A DNA stretch of 64,000 bases from Novakomyces olei (lineage: Eukaryota): NCBI GenBank assembly GCA_016906335.1, contig JADEYG010000004.1, positions 992,001 through 1,056,000 of the forward strand. The letters are read 5' to 3'. Below, in pieces: positions 52,688 to 64,000 of the stretch (within the stretch, counting starts at the first letter, position 1; each line of letters begins with the position of its first letter). Made by a program: the position numbers and the translations under genes. Below the pieces are notes generated by a model, which had not been told where the DNA came from, searched no databases, and was given only the letters and a program-made list of their open reading frames with translations.

Positions 52688-53898
52688 TTGAATAGTAAAT
52701 TATTATTTAAAATATTAAATAATTAATAATTAATAAATTAATAAAATTTAATTAGAAATAAAACAAAATAAGAGAAAAAAATATGAGTTGCTCGATGATA
52801 ATATCAGTCAAACTGTTCAGCTTTGTTGATTAATTGTTCAGGTTTAGTCAAATTAGCATATCTGGTCCCGAAATAAACCGATCCGAAGTGAAACGAACCG
52901 ATCAAAACTTGGTTCATTCAACTCGACAGTTTCCCGTCTTGATCGCAATACTTTTGATCGAGAGCAAAAAGAAGAGGTTGAGCCAGCTTGTCCGACAGCA
53001 CCAGCAGCAGCTAAAGTATGAAACCCTTTCTTTTCTTCAATTTCGAGCGTCAATATAGCCAAAGACCCGTCAATTTATTTGCATTTAAGAAGGCCCCGCA
53101 AATGAATCGACGATTTCTCCGCATTTATTATAATCGTTAATATTCTTTACTATCTGCACAAGCAGTACTATATGCAATCGGAGATAAATGCTATTAATGT
53201 TACGTTGCAGAACAATAAATGTCGGAATTACTAAAAGATTAGTACCACAAGAGCTTTTTTCTTTCTGGTTGTGAGACGGTATTCTTATAGCGGAACTGAA
53301 GCGGGGCCATTTGCAGTCGGCCTATAGTGTATGATTCAGCTCAAAAAAACGAAAGTCGTATAGTGCAGTGTGAACTTGAATTTTTTTGCTTTTAATCAAG
53401 CATAGGGATAATTGAGTATTTTTAAAACAACTGTATAGAGAGGCCTATTGAAAAGTAGTGTATTATACACTCTAGACGCAACATGAAACATGTGAGACAG
53501 GAATAAGCTTTGAGTGTGTTTCAAATGTGTCTAACCCAACTAATTACACAACTCGTCCGTTCCGTCCCTGTTTTTTGACGTGACTAAACGCAATCGTCTT
53601 TTGGCTAACGATCGCGCTCTAGTCAAGTTGTTACTATATATATATAATCTAAAGCTCCAGCCAGCAGCACGAAAATCATACATAAATTCAATTAATCGTT
53701 TATTTTAATTAATCCAATTAATCCAATCAATCCAATCAATCGTTCAATTCGATTAACCCTATTAATTCATAGGATGATCACACGTTACGATTAAATCATT
53801 TAATTCGATTAAATCATATGTTAATACGATTATTATCAATAAATCAACGATAGTCATAGCTGTATATCGCCTGATTGCTCCATCGTCCCGCCGGCAAA

Positions 53899-54569
53899 AT
53901 GGATCACGGCGGCCACGGAGGCCACGGAGATATGGGCGGATGCAGTGCAAAGGTAAGGAAACAGATATAGTTGCAACTGTATATTAATAAGCTATAGATG
54001 ACACTTAACTGGGACCCTCAGAATTTGTGTATCCTATCTGAATCCTGGCGCATTACGTCCAACCGGTCTTTTGCCGCTTCACTATTTGCTATTGTCCTAA
54101 TCAGTTCACTGTACGAATGCGTTCGGCGTTTCGCTCGGCGTTATGACCGGAGGCATCCTGGCCGCGTTGTTATCGCCGGCGGAGAAGGTAATGGACCGTC
54201 CAGCCAGCCCTTATCGCCGGCCGTATCAGACGGGTATGGAGCTTGCACAAACGAAACACTGTTATCACAGACGTGCGTTTCATTGCTTTTTACATTTAAT
54301 TAATTAATTATTTATTCATAGACGGATCAAGCTTCAACGCAACCGTGATTTGTTACGAGCTTTCCTCTACGCATTTCAAGTTTTGTACGCTTACCTGCTG
54401 ATGCTTGTCTTTATGACTTACAACGTAAGACTTGGACCTTTATTCCCGCTGATTGCGTGTTTAGGGATGGATTATGCTGGCTGTAACGTTTGGTGCTGGC
54501 CTCGGATATTACGTGTTTGGCAACGATGACGATTTTAACAGGGACGGGAAGGGCATGAGCTGCCATTAG
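53899..54569 (+). CDS. CTR2: Ctr-family copper transporter, vacuolar Ctr2/Ctr6 type
   Basis: His/Met N-terminus MDHGGHGGHGDMGGMQCK/MTLNW, MLVFMTYN (MxxxM), GAGLG and C-terminal SCH. Exons 53899-952, 53998-54272, 54322-424 and 54465-569. Confidence 0.9.
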
Positions 54570-55272
54570 CGACTGCAGATTTGCTCGAGACGTGTTTAGC
54601 TTGTTTGGTGCAGTTATACATGAATTAGAAACGAGTCAGTGGTCACATTTGTACACTAATTGTAAATCCGCACGTTTACGGTACGGAGAGGGCAATAGAA
54701 TTCTGAGCCTGTCTACACACAATTTTGTTGTTTATGTAGTACTCGTGTCTCCAAGCGTGAATGCTCCTTTAATTAACATTCTATAGGCCATCAAATTTTG
54801 GGAATATCAATTCAATTCGAATACGACAATACCGAAAAAAAAACGAGATCACTTAATAAGCGACAGCATTTTGTTATACATCTGTTTAACATTCAAATGG
54901 CGAAAAATAAATCAAGAAGAATAGAAACAAATCAAAAAATATTAAAATCGTTGGAGAAAATGCGCAGAAAAGCAAAGGGAATCTGAAGGCAATGTTGCCA
55001 GACAAGAAGGCATAAATTATAACCGTGCTGCTATAATTGCAGTGCCGACGTAAATATAGTACGTAAAATATAATAAAAAAGTAAAAAGCTAAATTCTCCA
55101 CATTTCATATACGCTTGTAACAATAAAACAAAGAATCACATCTGAGAAAGCATGAAATTGATAGCAATACAGATCAATAAATATAGGATAGACGATTATA
55201 AATAATTAATAAAAAAAACACATTTAATCATTACAATTACATCTTCATCCAAGATCAACAAACAACCACGTT

Positions 55273-58200
55273 CTATATCCGAGGAGCTGTGTTCCCGCCC
55301 CGACCAAGCTCGGTGATGACTTGATCAGGAGGAAACTTTTCAAATTCATTGCCGGCAAAATACGCTGGTGCTCTTTCATACCCTTCCAAACGGTGCCGGA
55401 GATGATGGACAAGATACCCGACGGCGATAAGAAGAAAAGTAATAAAAAGCGCGAGAGCCAGGCCGATAAGAACAACAAATCCTCGGTCCAAGCTATGCTG
55501 AGTGCGAAAAGAAGTTTTTGAATTAGACTGAATCGTGGCAATATACCCGTTATCGCCGGTGCTGCGAATGGAAGCGGCGATAAGCGGAAGCCAGCGTGTT
55601 CCATCGTGCACAACCGCGGCAAAATCTCCGTCGTATCCGTCCAATTCAAAATATCCGGCAGCGATAAGATCATAGTCGTTCGGCAATAAGCTATTACCAC
55701 TTCGGGAAGAAGCCCGTTCCACAAAGTAAAGGTCTCGGACATAAGAATTGCCCGAGAAATTTGAAGTGGCTAAATCATGCAGTGATTTGCCATCATATTT
55801 CTGTATGAAAAAAGGCTCAGAACCAGCAACAAAAATGTCACTGCTACTTGAATTTGTCATTGTCATCGCCGAGACGGATCCCGGTAAAGAATCATCGATT
55901 ATTGTGCTCCATTCATGATCAGCTGTACTATACGAGGCAACAAAACAGGCCGAGTTATTTATGTTAAAGCTCCCGGCGATAAGCATTGTATGTTCGCTCT
56001 GCCACAGCATTGTACTAACGTTTCCGGAAACGCTCAACGCCGCGGCCGGATTATTCCATTGGTGATCATTAAAAGCATACGCACAGAAACCGGGACAGCC
56101 GAGTGAACCGGCAAAGGAGAAGTTTCCGCCGACGTAAACTGAGCTAGTGTCGCTCAGTAACGCTGAAACAGCGGCGGGATTCAAATTATCGCCGTCGGAG
56201 TAAAGCCCTGCAGGCTGAACTGACGTCATATTTCCGGAGTTAAGATCCCAAACAGCAAGTCCGCTAATACGCGAACCGCCCAAATGGCCCGTCACCAATC
56301 CTCCCGCAAAAAGGTGATTATCAAGAATATGAAGGGCCGAAAATGTACTGTTTCCATCCATATCGCCGCCGAAGCCTCTTATCTCCGAATCATTGGACAC
56401 GGAGATAAGATTCCTTAAAGTGCTCGAAGCCAATTCAAAATGGCCGCCCAGAACAATAGCACTTGATCCGTTCAAGAAAGCCACACTATTAACAGCCGAC
56501 CCGGAAAACGTATCATTGAATAAAAGCCCATAAGACTGGAGGCTGTTTGCTTGATTATTATTACTTTTATCGTCCTTATTATTGTTCTCAAAAGCAAATG
56601 CGCCTTTTAAAGATCGTTGCTGAAAGGCGTCAAGTCTTCCAATCGACAAATTATTGCTGGATTGAACAATTTGTCCGTCAAAATAAAAAGGCAGTTCATC
56701 CAGCGAAAACCACTCTGAAAGAGCATCGTTCCAAAGAGCAAAATTTCGGCATTCGACCAGGGTTCCGTTTGAGTAAAAAAAAGAATCAAAGTCCCCGGTG
56801 ACCGAGATAAGAGATAATTCTGAGCCATTTACTCCTGTTGTATTCCAAAAGCTAAGGTCCGTTACAGGCCCGTTTACGCCGCCGCCTAACGCCGAAAAAT
56901 TATCAGTTGACGGAGAGTATCGAGCCAAATGAAGCAGTTGGTTTCTATGCCCTCCTGATGCCGAGGAATTTACAATATCTGTAAAATTGCCTCCAACAAT
57001 AACGGAGTCATCGAGTCTCAGCATGGAAGTAACAGCACCGTTCAACCCTGGAACAGATCCACTGTTCCGGCGATAAAAGTTTGCAATTCCAGAGCCATTA
57101 AAGCGACCCCCGATAATTAATGTTTCCCCTATACTTTCAAGCGCCAACACTGTTGCATTCCCAGCAAATGACGAAACTCCGATTTCTTCAAACGGCGTTA
57201 ACGTTGATGCTACCTCCGGAGAGGAATAATCGCTCGAAGGGTCGTACTCGAAAAGCCCATTGTACGTTACCATTTCCGAGCCGAGAGGTATAAACTGTAC
57301 GGACTGAGCAACAATATTAATCGGACCCGATTGCCCTTCTGTCGGAGACAACACAACATGAGGTCGAAAGCCGTTGCTTGCAAACATAATGCCCTGGAAG
57401 ATATCATCATATTTATCATAGTAATTGCTCTCATATACTACTGTACGCACTGGATCCGAGCCAGCAGCATAATAAACACTCGCTGTTATAGACCCTCGGA
57501 GGTTACAAGTCCCGTCGGCCATACATCCCGGAGTGAAAAGCCGGACTGAGTAGTTTCCAGCTGCACGTGCACTCATAAGCTGAGGATATATCTCAACGGA
57601 GGAAGTTGTTATCGCCGAGCCACTTAGATTCGCCGACAAATATGGAGCAGCTCCAGCTGGTTGCAGCGAAGCCGGCGTTAAGACTTGCCACGGACCTCCG
57701 TGCTGGACGGCATAAGAATCTCCAGATTGCCTTTGGCATTGCTCATTATATTCTTGAACTGCAAACGCTGAATCTTGGCTCTGGAGCAGCTCAATCCCCG
57801 ATAAACCCGCTCCGGATCCATACCATTCGCTTACGTAAACAGTAAAGCCGGTCATTCCGATGTTATTTACAAAATCAAAATCCTGATATCCGTCTTGGCG
57901 CAAGGGACATTCCGAAGTACACGACATGTTTCGGCCGGAATCTGGATCCGTGTACGTAAAATTCATAATGCCATTTAGTGGAAGAGCAACTAGCCGAAAA
58001 GTCCGAGTTCCATGGTCTTCGGCTCGGGAGTTGTAGAGCCGTAAACGCAGAGGCCGAATCTCAAAATCCAGATTCGCCGTCCAGGATCCAGCCGTCGAAT
58101 CCTCAAAGAGATAGTCAATATTTTCGTTATTACCGCCGTCTCCGGATTGAGGACAGATAATCGCCGAAGCATTGGATTGAGAACCTCCCTCGCTTGTTAT

Positions 58201-58893
58201 ATTGGCCCTCCGTAAGGGAACAGGTCGGAGATAAGAGCCAGTACCAGAGTTTAGGACTGTCTGATTGCCGGTGGCTGTGAAGGTACCTCCAAGTAAGACA
58301 GTATTATTGCTAGTTTTATGTATTGCATGCACAGGTCCATTAACGCCGGCAAATGGCAAATTTACGTATGAGCTTTGTCTGACTGACCAGGCAGCAACAT
58401 TGCTAGAATTGCCACCTGCAAAACCAAAATCTCCGCCAATGTACACAGTTTCGGTCGAAGAATCACATAATAAAGTATGCACAACGCCTCTTAATTCTGC
58501 TCCGTCTCCAAGAGCCGAGACTTGCTGTGATTGGGTATCATAAACGGCTATATTCACAGCCGGGACAGATCCAACGGCGTTAAAGTGGCCGGCGATGAAA
58601 ACGGACGCTCCTATTGAACAAACGGCTGCCACTGTACCATTAATTCCTGCTTGGGAAACAAATAACTGTTCCTCTGTAACGGAAAGCAGCTCGGTGCTGC
58701 CGAAATCCGAGCCGTGCGGAGCACTTAACGCCGAGGACAGAGACTCGTTCCATATACTAATTCCGTCAAAGGCCCCAGCAAAGACTACCCCTTGTAGTTG
58801 AGTAGCATAATTCGCACTTTGCACTCCCGTCGCTAATAACAAAAGAAATACGGATTGCAACAGTAATTGAATATTTTGCCGTGCATGCGCCAT
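55273..58893 (-). CDS. RAX2: Polarity landmark protein Rax2 (type I membrane protein)
   Basis: Signal peptide, repeated V.GG.F beta-propeller motifs, RLVALPLNGIMNFTYTDP, C...CPL, FTPGC..DGTC..RG and the C-terminal TM GFVVLIGLALAL. Confidence 0.92.
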   Translation of the reverse strand: MAHARQNIQLLLQSVFLLLLATGVQSANYATQLQGVVFAGAFDGISIWNESLSSALSAPHGSDFGSTELLSVTEEQLFVSQAGINGTVAAVCSIGASVFIAGHFNAVGSVPAVNIAVYDTQSQQVSALGDGAELRGVVHTLLCDSSTETVYIGGDFGFAGGNSSNVAAWSVRQSSYVNLPFAGVNGPVHAIHKTSNNTVLLGGTFTATGNQTVLNSGTGSYLRPVPLRRANITSEGGSQSNASAIICPQSGDGGNNENIDYLFEDSTAGSWTANLDFEIRPLRLRLYNSRAEDHGTRTFRLVALPLNGIMNFTYTDPDSGRNMSCTSECPLRQDGYQDFDFVNNIGMTGFTVYVSEWYGSGAGLSGIELLQSQDSAFAVQEYNEQCQRQSGDSYAVQHGGPWQVLTPASLQPAGAAPYLSANLSGSAITTSSVEIYPQLMSARAAGNYSVRLFTPGCMADGTCNLRGSITASVYYAAGSDPVRTVVYESNYYDKYDDIFQGIMFASNGFRPHVVLSPTEGQSGPINIVAQSVQFIPLGSEMVTYNGLFEYDPSSDYSSPEVASTLTPFEEIGVSSFAGNATVLALESIGETLIIGGRFNGSGIANFYRRNSGSVPGLNGAVTSMLRLDDSVIVGGNFTDIVNSSASGGHRNQLLHLARYSPSTDNFSALGGGVNGPVTDLSFWNTTGVNGSELSLISVTGDFDSFFYSNGTLVECRNFALWNDALSEWFSLDELPFYFDGQIVQSSNNLSIGRLDAFQQRSLKGAFAFENNNKDDKSNNNQANSLQSYGLLFNDTFSGSAVNSVAFLNGSSAIVLGGHFELASSTLRNLISVSNDSEIRGFGGDMDGNSTFSALHILDNHLFAGGLVTGHLGGSRISGLAVWDLNSGNMTSVQPAGLYSDGDNLNPAAVSALLSDTSSVYVGGNFSFAGSLGCPGFCAYAFNDHQWNNPAAALSVSGNVSTMLWQSEHTMLIAGSFNINNSACFVASYSTADHEWSTIIDDSLPGSVSAMTMTNSSSSDIFVAGSEPFFIQKYDGKSLHDLATSNFSGNSYVRDLYFVERASSRSGNSLLPNDYDLIAAGYFELDGYDGDFAAVVHDGTRWLPLIAASIRSTGDNGYIATIQSNSKTSFRTQHSLDRGFVVLIGLALALFITFLLIAVGYLVHHLRHRLEGYERAPAYFAGNEFEKFPPDQVITELGRGGNTAPRI

Positions 58894-59551
58894 CTAATCT
58901 GGAAAGGTAAATAAAAGCAAAACAAACAGAAAAAAAGAACATCAAAAACAAGACAGAAATCAAAACCAAATAAAGAGATAAAATACGGTCAAAACGCAAG
59001 TGAAATCAACTAAACACATTAAGATGTTTGTTTAATCCTCAGAGACTCTATTTTGGGAGTAGAGACGAGTTCAATGTCTTTTGATGGAGAATTGATCCTT
59101 TGAACTTACCCTTGAAGGCTTAATCAACCCTCTTCTCCTCCTCTTTAGAACCGCACACGTGGCAAATTGGCTTCAGACCGCTTCTAAATTTAATTCATCA
59201 AGGTAGATTAATGCTCTGTTGAAGCACAAAAAAGCAATTTATTCTGTAGTACAAATGCCTTTTGCCCGCGTTGTTTTTGATGTGTCTGTTTACCCTCGTA
59301 TTTCCCCTTTTCCTTCCTTGTTTTAATTATATTGTTGAGTTGACCGATTATAATGTTTTATTTTTTGAAGTCTTTTTACTTTCTTGTGAACTTTGTTATT
59401 TCACTGAATTGCTTACCACTCACCCCATAAGTTTAGCCTCTCCTTTAAGAAAGGCACTAGAAAACAAACACTGACCGGCGGTAGTATTGCTTGTGAGAGG
59501 AATCTTTTAGCTTGACCGTTGTATTACTTGATGGTAGCTATTGTTTACATT

Positions 59552-59661
59552 CGCGTATCAATCGCGGGAGCACGTGACGTAAACAAGAAAAGTATTATAA
59601 ATAGAAACTACAGTTAAATCAGCCAACGCGTTTCGTACGCGAAATTGTAATGACGACGCGT
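59552..59661. promoter_or_regulatory. MCB/SCB-like CGCG cluster upstream of RAX2
   Basis: ACGCGT at 59626 and 59656, ACGCGAAA at 59637, and further CGCG cores near 59552 and 59563. Confidence 0.6.
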
Positions 59662-59905
59662 AAATGTACAACTTCTCACCCTTTCGCGCTGCGCATATGA
59701 AGTTGGCGACATAGTTGGATTGTACTTGATAAGCAAATAGAATTGGCCAACTATGTACAAAACAGATAAGAATGTTTTATTCATATGGACTAGTATTCGC
59801 TGCAATGATTATAACATAATAAGATCAATGGCAGAATTTCTATTTACAACCCTTATGAAACACCAATCTACTATTCGTCTAATGTTGTCAATAATTCTAA
59901 CCATA

Positions 59906-61628
59906 TTAAACCCTCCGCCTTTTAGATCGTCGAGCCGTAAACATTTCGCGTTCGGCCGCAGTGTCCTCTGGTTCAATTTTCACTTTATGCTCAAGCACTT
60001 CTTTTTCATCTTTTGCAGTCGCAATTTCTATTTTTTGTGAAAAAAGTTCTGGATCCGCTTCGGATTTAATTACCGTCGGTTCAGGTTTTACTGGTTTGAC
60101 ATCGCGCACCGTGTCGTTATCGGCCTGAAACGCTCGTAAATCCGCCGTAAATAGTACAGAGTGGGCCTGTAAAAAGTTAGTGATTAAATCGACCAAACGA
60201 CTTGTGGCACAATTCTCAACGCTGTCGATATAAGTATTTTTGTTTATATTATTAATATTACTACCGTTTTCAAAATTAATCATCTCCCTTACCCATCCTG
60301 CGTACTCGCCCCAAAGTTTACGGAAAAAATCGCCTACTGCAAGGTAGGAAGCCTGTGTCATAGAAGTGCCCTTTAGTTTTTTAAACTTGTAATCCCGCGT
60401 TGCAATTTGCCAAACTAGAATCACAGTCAGGAGAAGGAAGACAAAAATATTAATAAACAATTTAACTCAACAACACACAATAAATACATCAAAAATAAGC
60501 AAAAGAGATATAAGACAAGCGCCATTGTAATTTATTTTTCACAATTTAACTTTAGCGAATCCACGATCAGGAATGAAGTGTATAAAACAGCTCTTACCAT
60601 GAGTATCAACGGGAACGGCTTCCGTCTTATCCAAAGACATGAGACACTGGTTGTTAATCATCAAGCCAATAAAATCAGAGTAATTACCACGCAATCCGCG
60701 ACTTTAGCTCCAACGCCCATCAGTTCGCAAAGAGAATCATGAACATCGCGATAGGGCAAGCTCCGTTGCTTTAAAAGCCATTCATGCCCCCCTCGTTCTA
60801 GCACCATTTGTGCAGTTATTTGTATGAATTTTGCCCTATAACCGAACCCTAATTGCCGTAATTCCGTCTCTGTGGCTCCTGCTGCCAACCGCTCAATCGG
60901 GGGAAACGAATAGTATTCGAGTCCAGATAAAGTCCCCCTGTACTCACCGTATTTTTGACACAATTTATCAATCTTGTATTAGCATAAAGCACACGAGAAT
61001 GAAAGAGGAAAGATAAATTATTGAGAATAATAATAAACTATCAAGAGCATTGATAAAAAGCAAATAAATCACGATTCGAATACCATCTGTGTAATACGGG
61101 GAATGTTATTATTGCTAGAGCAAATAAAACTGATCAAGTTCTCCCACGGATCTTGTCGTAGGATACGCACACCGGCAAACTGTACTGATTTTTTTCGGAA
61201 ATGTGGGTCTGCGCTAGACCATTCGGCGTATAGTCTTTGTAGTGGAACTTTAATATTAAAATAATCGTAAAGAAAGTCAACAGTCGCCGAGTCCGGAACT
61301 TGCTTGTTTGCCTGGTAGTAAACTTGGTCGTCTGTTCATAAGCTTTGTGGTTTAATACAATATTTTGTTTTCTATTGTTTGCTTGCTGGACGTGTTCGAT
61401 TCGATCTGTTCTTATTCTCGTTCCTGATTTACCATCTTGCCGAACAGTGATAATGCCACGGTCAAAAGCACAACTCCATTCCTGATCGCCCGAAATTCGC
61501 CATCGAAAGGCCTGCCCGCACTTCAAAGTCCGATCAAGTCTAACTGCGAAAACGGTTAATTCCACAAATTGACCCGACTTACTTTCGCCTATTCCAATGC
61601 GCAATTGCCGCCATTGGGAACCTTTCAT
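59906..61628 (-). CDS. OGG1: 8-oxoguanine DNA glycosylase/AP lyase
   Basis: LKCGQAFRW, GVRILRQDPWENLISFICSSNNNIPRI, LGFGYRAKFI, GVGAKVADCV, VPVDTHVWQIA and YAGW/AHSVLFTADL. Six introns. Confidence 0.95.
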
Positions 61629-61803
61629 TTTGCAGCAGACACGTTCACTGTAATTTAATATAATATATGGATTTAATATATATAATGTTGTACTTGCTCC
61701 ATAATTGCTATCGAAATCATATGGATAATTGGGGTTAGGGTTAATTCTCTACATTTTAAGGTTAACTTGATTGTGAGAAGTATAACAAACATATAATTTA
61801 GGC

Positions 61804-61842
61804 TATCCTTTAACAGCATATCCTTTAACAGCATATCCTTTA
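61804..61842 (+). repeat. 15-bp tandem repeat TATCCTTTAACAGCA, 2.6 copies, upstream of SDC1
   Basis: Direct reading of the sequence. Confidence 0.9.
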
Positions 61843-61929
61843 TTTTTAGTGTAGTCTTTATGCAAATGATTCGTTTCGTATAATCTTTCTATATTATACG
61901 CGCACTAAGATTCTGCAGCAGCGTTCACG

Positions 61930-62208
61930 ATGAACATTTCAGAGCTTAACAGCCCGACTCCGGCGGACGGCAATTCGGCTGCTGTACCTTCAAGCATAAA
62001 CGAAACACAGCCATTAAATACGGCGGCTGATCTGAACAGTTTACCCACGCGAACTTACCTCAACGATCGCGTAACACCGGCCCTGCTCGACGGGATGCGG
62101 CTGCTGGCGAAACAGCGACCTTCAGATCCTCTCACTGTCCTCGGCAATTTTCTAATCCAGGCTGGCCGGGATCAAGCGCACACTGATTCTAACTCACAAA
62201 ACGAATAA
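61930..62208 (+). CDS. SDC1: COMPASS subunit Sdc1/Dpy-30
   Basis: PTRTYLNDRVTPALLDGMRLLAKQRPSDPLTVLGNFL Dpy-30 motif. Confidence 0.92.
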   Translation: MNISELNSPTPADGNSAAVPSSINETQPLNTAADLNSLPTRTYLNDRVTPALLDGMRLLAKQRPSDPLTVLGNFLIQAGRDQAHTDSNSQNE

Positions 62209-62561
62209 TGCGCGGTTGGGTAATTTTGTAACGCCAAGTCTGGAACTATTTGCGATTCCAAAGTGCACGACAGAGCTCTATATCTTTTTGGGTCTATGTG
62301 GAGGCGAGGTGTGGAGCAATACTGACGATTACAGCTGTTTATCAACACTGTACCCTGACTGAGCTTATATGAATATGATTGAGAAAGAATGAAAACAATA
62401 ATAATAGAAATAAGAATAAAACAAATATATAAAATAATCAATAAATATCAAAACAGCTAGAATCATGGAAGAAATGCCTCAAGCATGATTGATCAATGCT
62501 GAATTATTTACTGTGAGAATGATTGCCTGTGGAATTACTATATAAACATGACAAATTAATA

Positions 62562-64000
62562 TCAAACGTGCACATTTAAAAACGACTCGGGAGTCTCTGG
62601 CTGCCTCCGCCGATGACCGAGCACGTCTTTCAATTCTGACACCACAGATCCTCGTGACCTCAAGTCAGCAGCTCTTTCGGCAGCCCGTTGCTGAGCTTGC
62701 TCTCGCTCCTTTCTCATAACCGCAATGCGCTCTTGTCTTAGAGTATTAAAGGACGAGGCAGAGGAAAGCAAAGATCGAGAGTTTGCCGTCTGATCAGCAA
62801 TGGACTCTTCCAATCCTTGAACCTGGCCAAAGGTCTCCCAAACATGTTCTTTTTGTTTTAATCTGTCAGGAACACGCATGGGCGTTAAAGGGTTCCCCCA
62901 GTCACCGACCCCACCAGAATGAATTGGCGAAAAATCAATCTCATCTCCATCATCGGTACTCGTGCTTTTACTCAAGGTTGGTAGCGTCGATGGGCCATAA
63001 CTTGAAGACTGCAGCAAGCTGGAAGAAGGAAGAAGGGGGGAAGTGAAGGACGAGGAGAGCGGCGTACTGGGATCTTGAGCGAACAGGCTTCGTCCTTGTT
63101 CCCAGTCTTCAAGTAGCAGATTTATATCTGCACCCAGAGCGTCATACTGTCCAGCCAAGCTGGCTAAATCGTCGCCAGATACTTGCCGTTAGAAAATATT
63201 ATAATAAATAAAAAGAAATAAACAAAACATAAATTAAAATTTTAAAGAGGAACAATAAATGAAATATTAAATCATATTAATAATGAATGACGAAATCTTT
63301 ATTTCTTTAAAGACTTACGTTTCAAAGCTTGTGCCCTCAGCATGACAAGCTTAGCCTGTGTCCGTCTTAACGTATTCGCCATAGTAGAAAGGCCAAAAGC
63401 GTGGGAACGAAATGGCGATCGTATCGGCCCGACAACACGAGGAGGTAAAGCGTCTGCAAGGCTAATATGCCGCTCAACACACCGTTCAACCTCTGCAGCA
63501 AGTTGGCTCATTAGCTCGTGAGTCGATTGTAGATTTAAATTGACCACTCGTAAATTGTGTAAATCTCCACGACGAATTTGCATGGCCAAAAGAGCACAGA
63601 ATGCGTGCCTTCTTTGTAAGTGCATACGATGAAAAGCCAGTTTAAGGCCAGCAAGGCTCCTTGTGTCATGCAGTTCTTCATCTTCATCCAAAGATTCAAG
63701 GACTTCTTCATCGCTATCCAGAACATAAACGTCCTGGATCTTTGCTAAATCCTGAGGCAGGGCAAACTCACGAAAAACGCTAGCACAACGAGCAAAAGTA
63801 GTGTGTGCAAGAGCAATCGAAGAGGCCAAACATTTTTTAATATACTCGGTCTCCCTTGTTTCCGTACGACTTGAACGTGTTGATGATGGAAGAAGAGTAT
63901 GACTTGAACTCCCGTAGCCGCGTGCAAGCAATTCTACTTCCTGAATGATTCCCATACATCGATTACAAGCAATATCAAAGTTCTGAGACTCGTCAATTGC
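62562..64000 (-). CDS. Vezatin-domain protein (VezA-like); 5' part lies outside the window
   Basis: IIQEVELLARGY, RR..FCALLA, L....AKL.MLR and YDALGADI..LLEDWEQG. Intron 63318-63182. Confidence 0.75.

Noticed and set aside
52962-52968. Mac1-type copper element TTTGCTC upstream of CTR2
   Set aside because: A single 7-mer about 930 bp from the ATG is expected by chance.
53280-53390. snRNA suggested by an Sm-like AATTTTTTTG
   Set aside because: No U1, U2, U4 or U5 signature sequences nearby, and T-runs are ubiquitous in this window.

Overview
Compact, intron-rich eukaryotic DNA from an ascomycete fungus. A Taphrinomycotina-like lineage is inferred from an Mbx1-type MADS box, an Fta4-like kinetochore protein, very short introns and short branch-point-to-AG distances. 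About 28 protein-coding genes can be reconstructed by splicing: NUS1, SEC10, FTA4-like, SHE3-like, PTA1, GRH1, PXMP4, MTD1, BET2, MMS19, EMC3, DUF3605, DHR1, PCNA, a GH5 glucanase, MBX1, a two-finger GATA factor, YDJ1, MSH1, FCY1, PRP31, UTP23, AMS1, CTR2, RAX2, OGG1, SDC1 and vezatin-like. No transposon, tRNA, rRNA or CRISPR array was recognised. Main non-obvious signals: (1) a box C/D snoRNA candidate in the PCNA 5'UTR intron with a 12-nt guide to the 5' end of 18S rRNA; (2) seven intergenic tandem TTAGGG motifs, all G-rich on the + strand regardless of gene orientation; (3) a GATA finger with a 50-residue loop; (4) SEC10 and FTA4 stop codons 3 bp apart; (5) a 5-nt micro-exon, a probable GC-AG intron and several stop-free in-frame introns; (6) a possible unannotated spliced small-ORF or lncRNA locus at about 30.5-31.2 kb. 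All gene models and family assignments were read by eye, without database searches.
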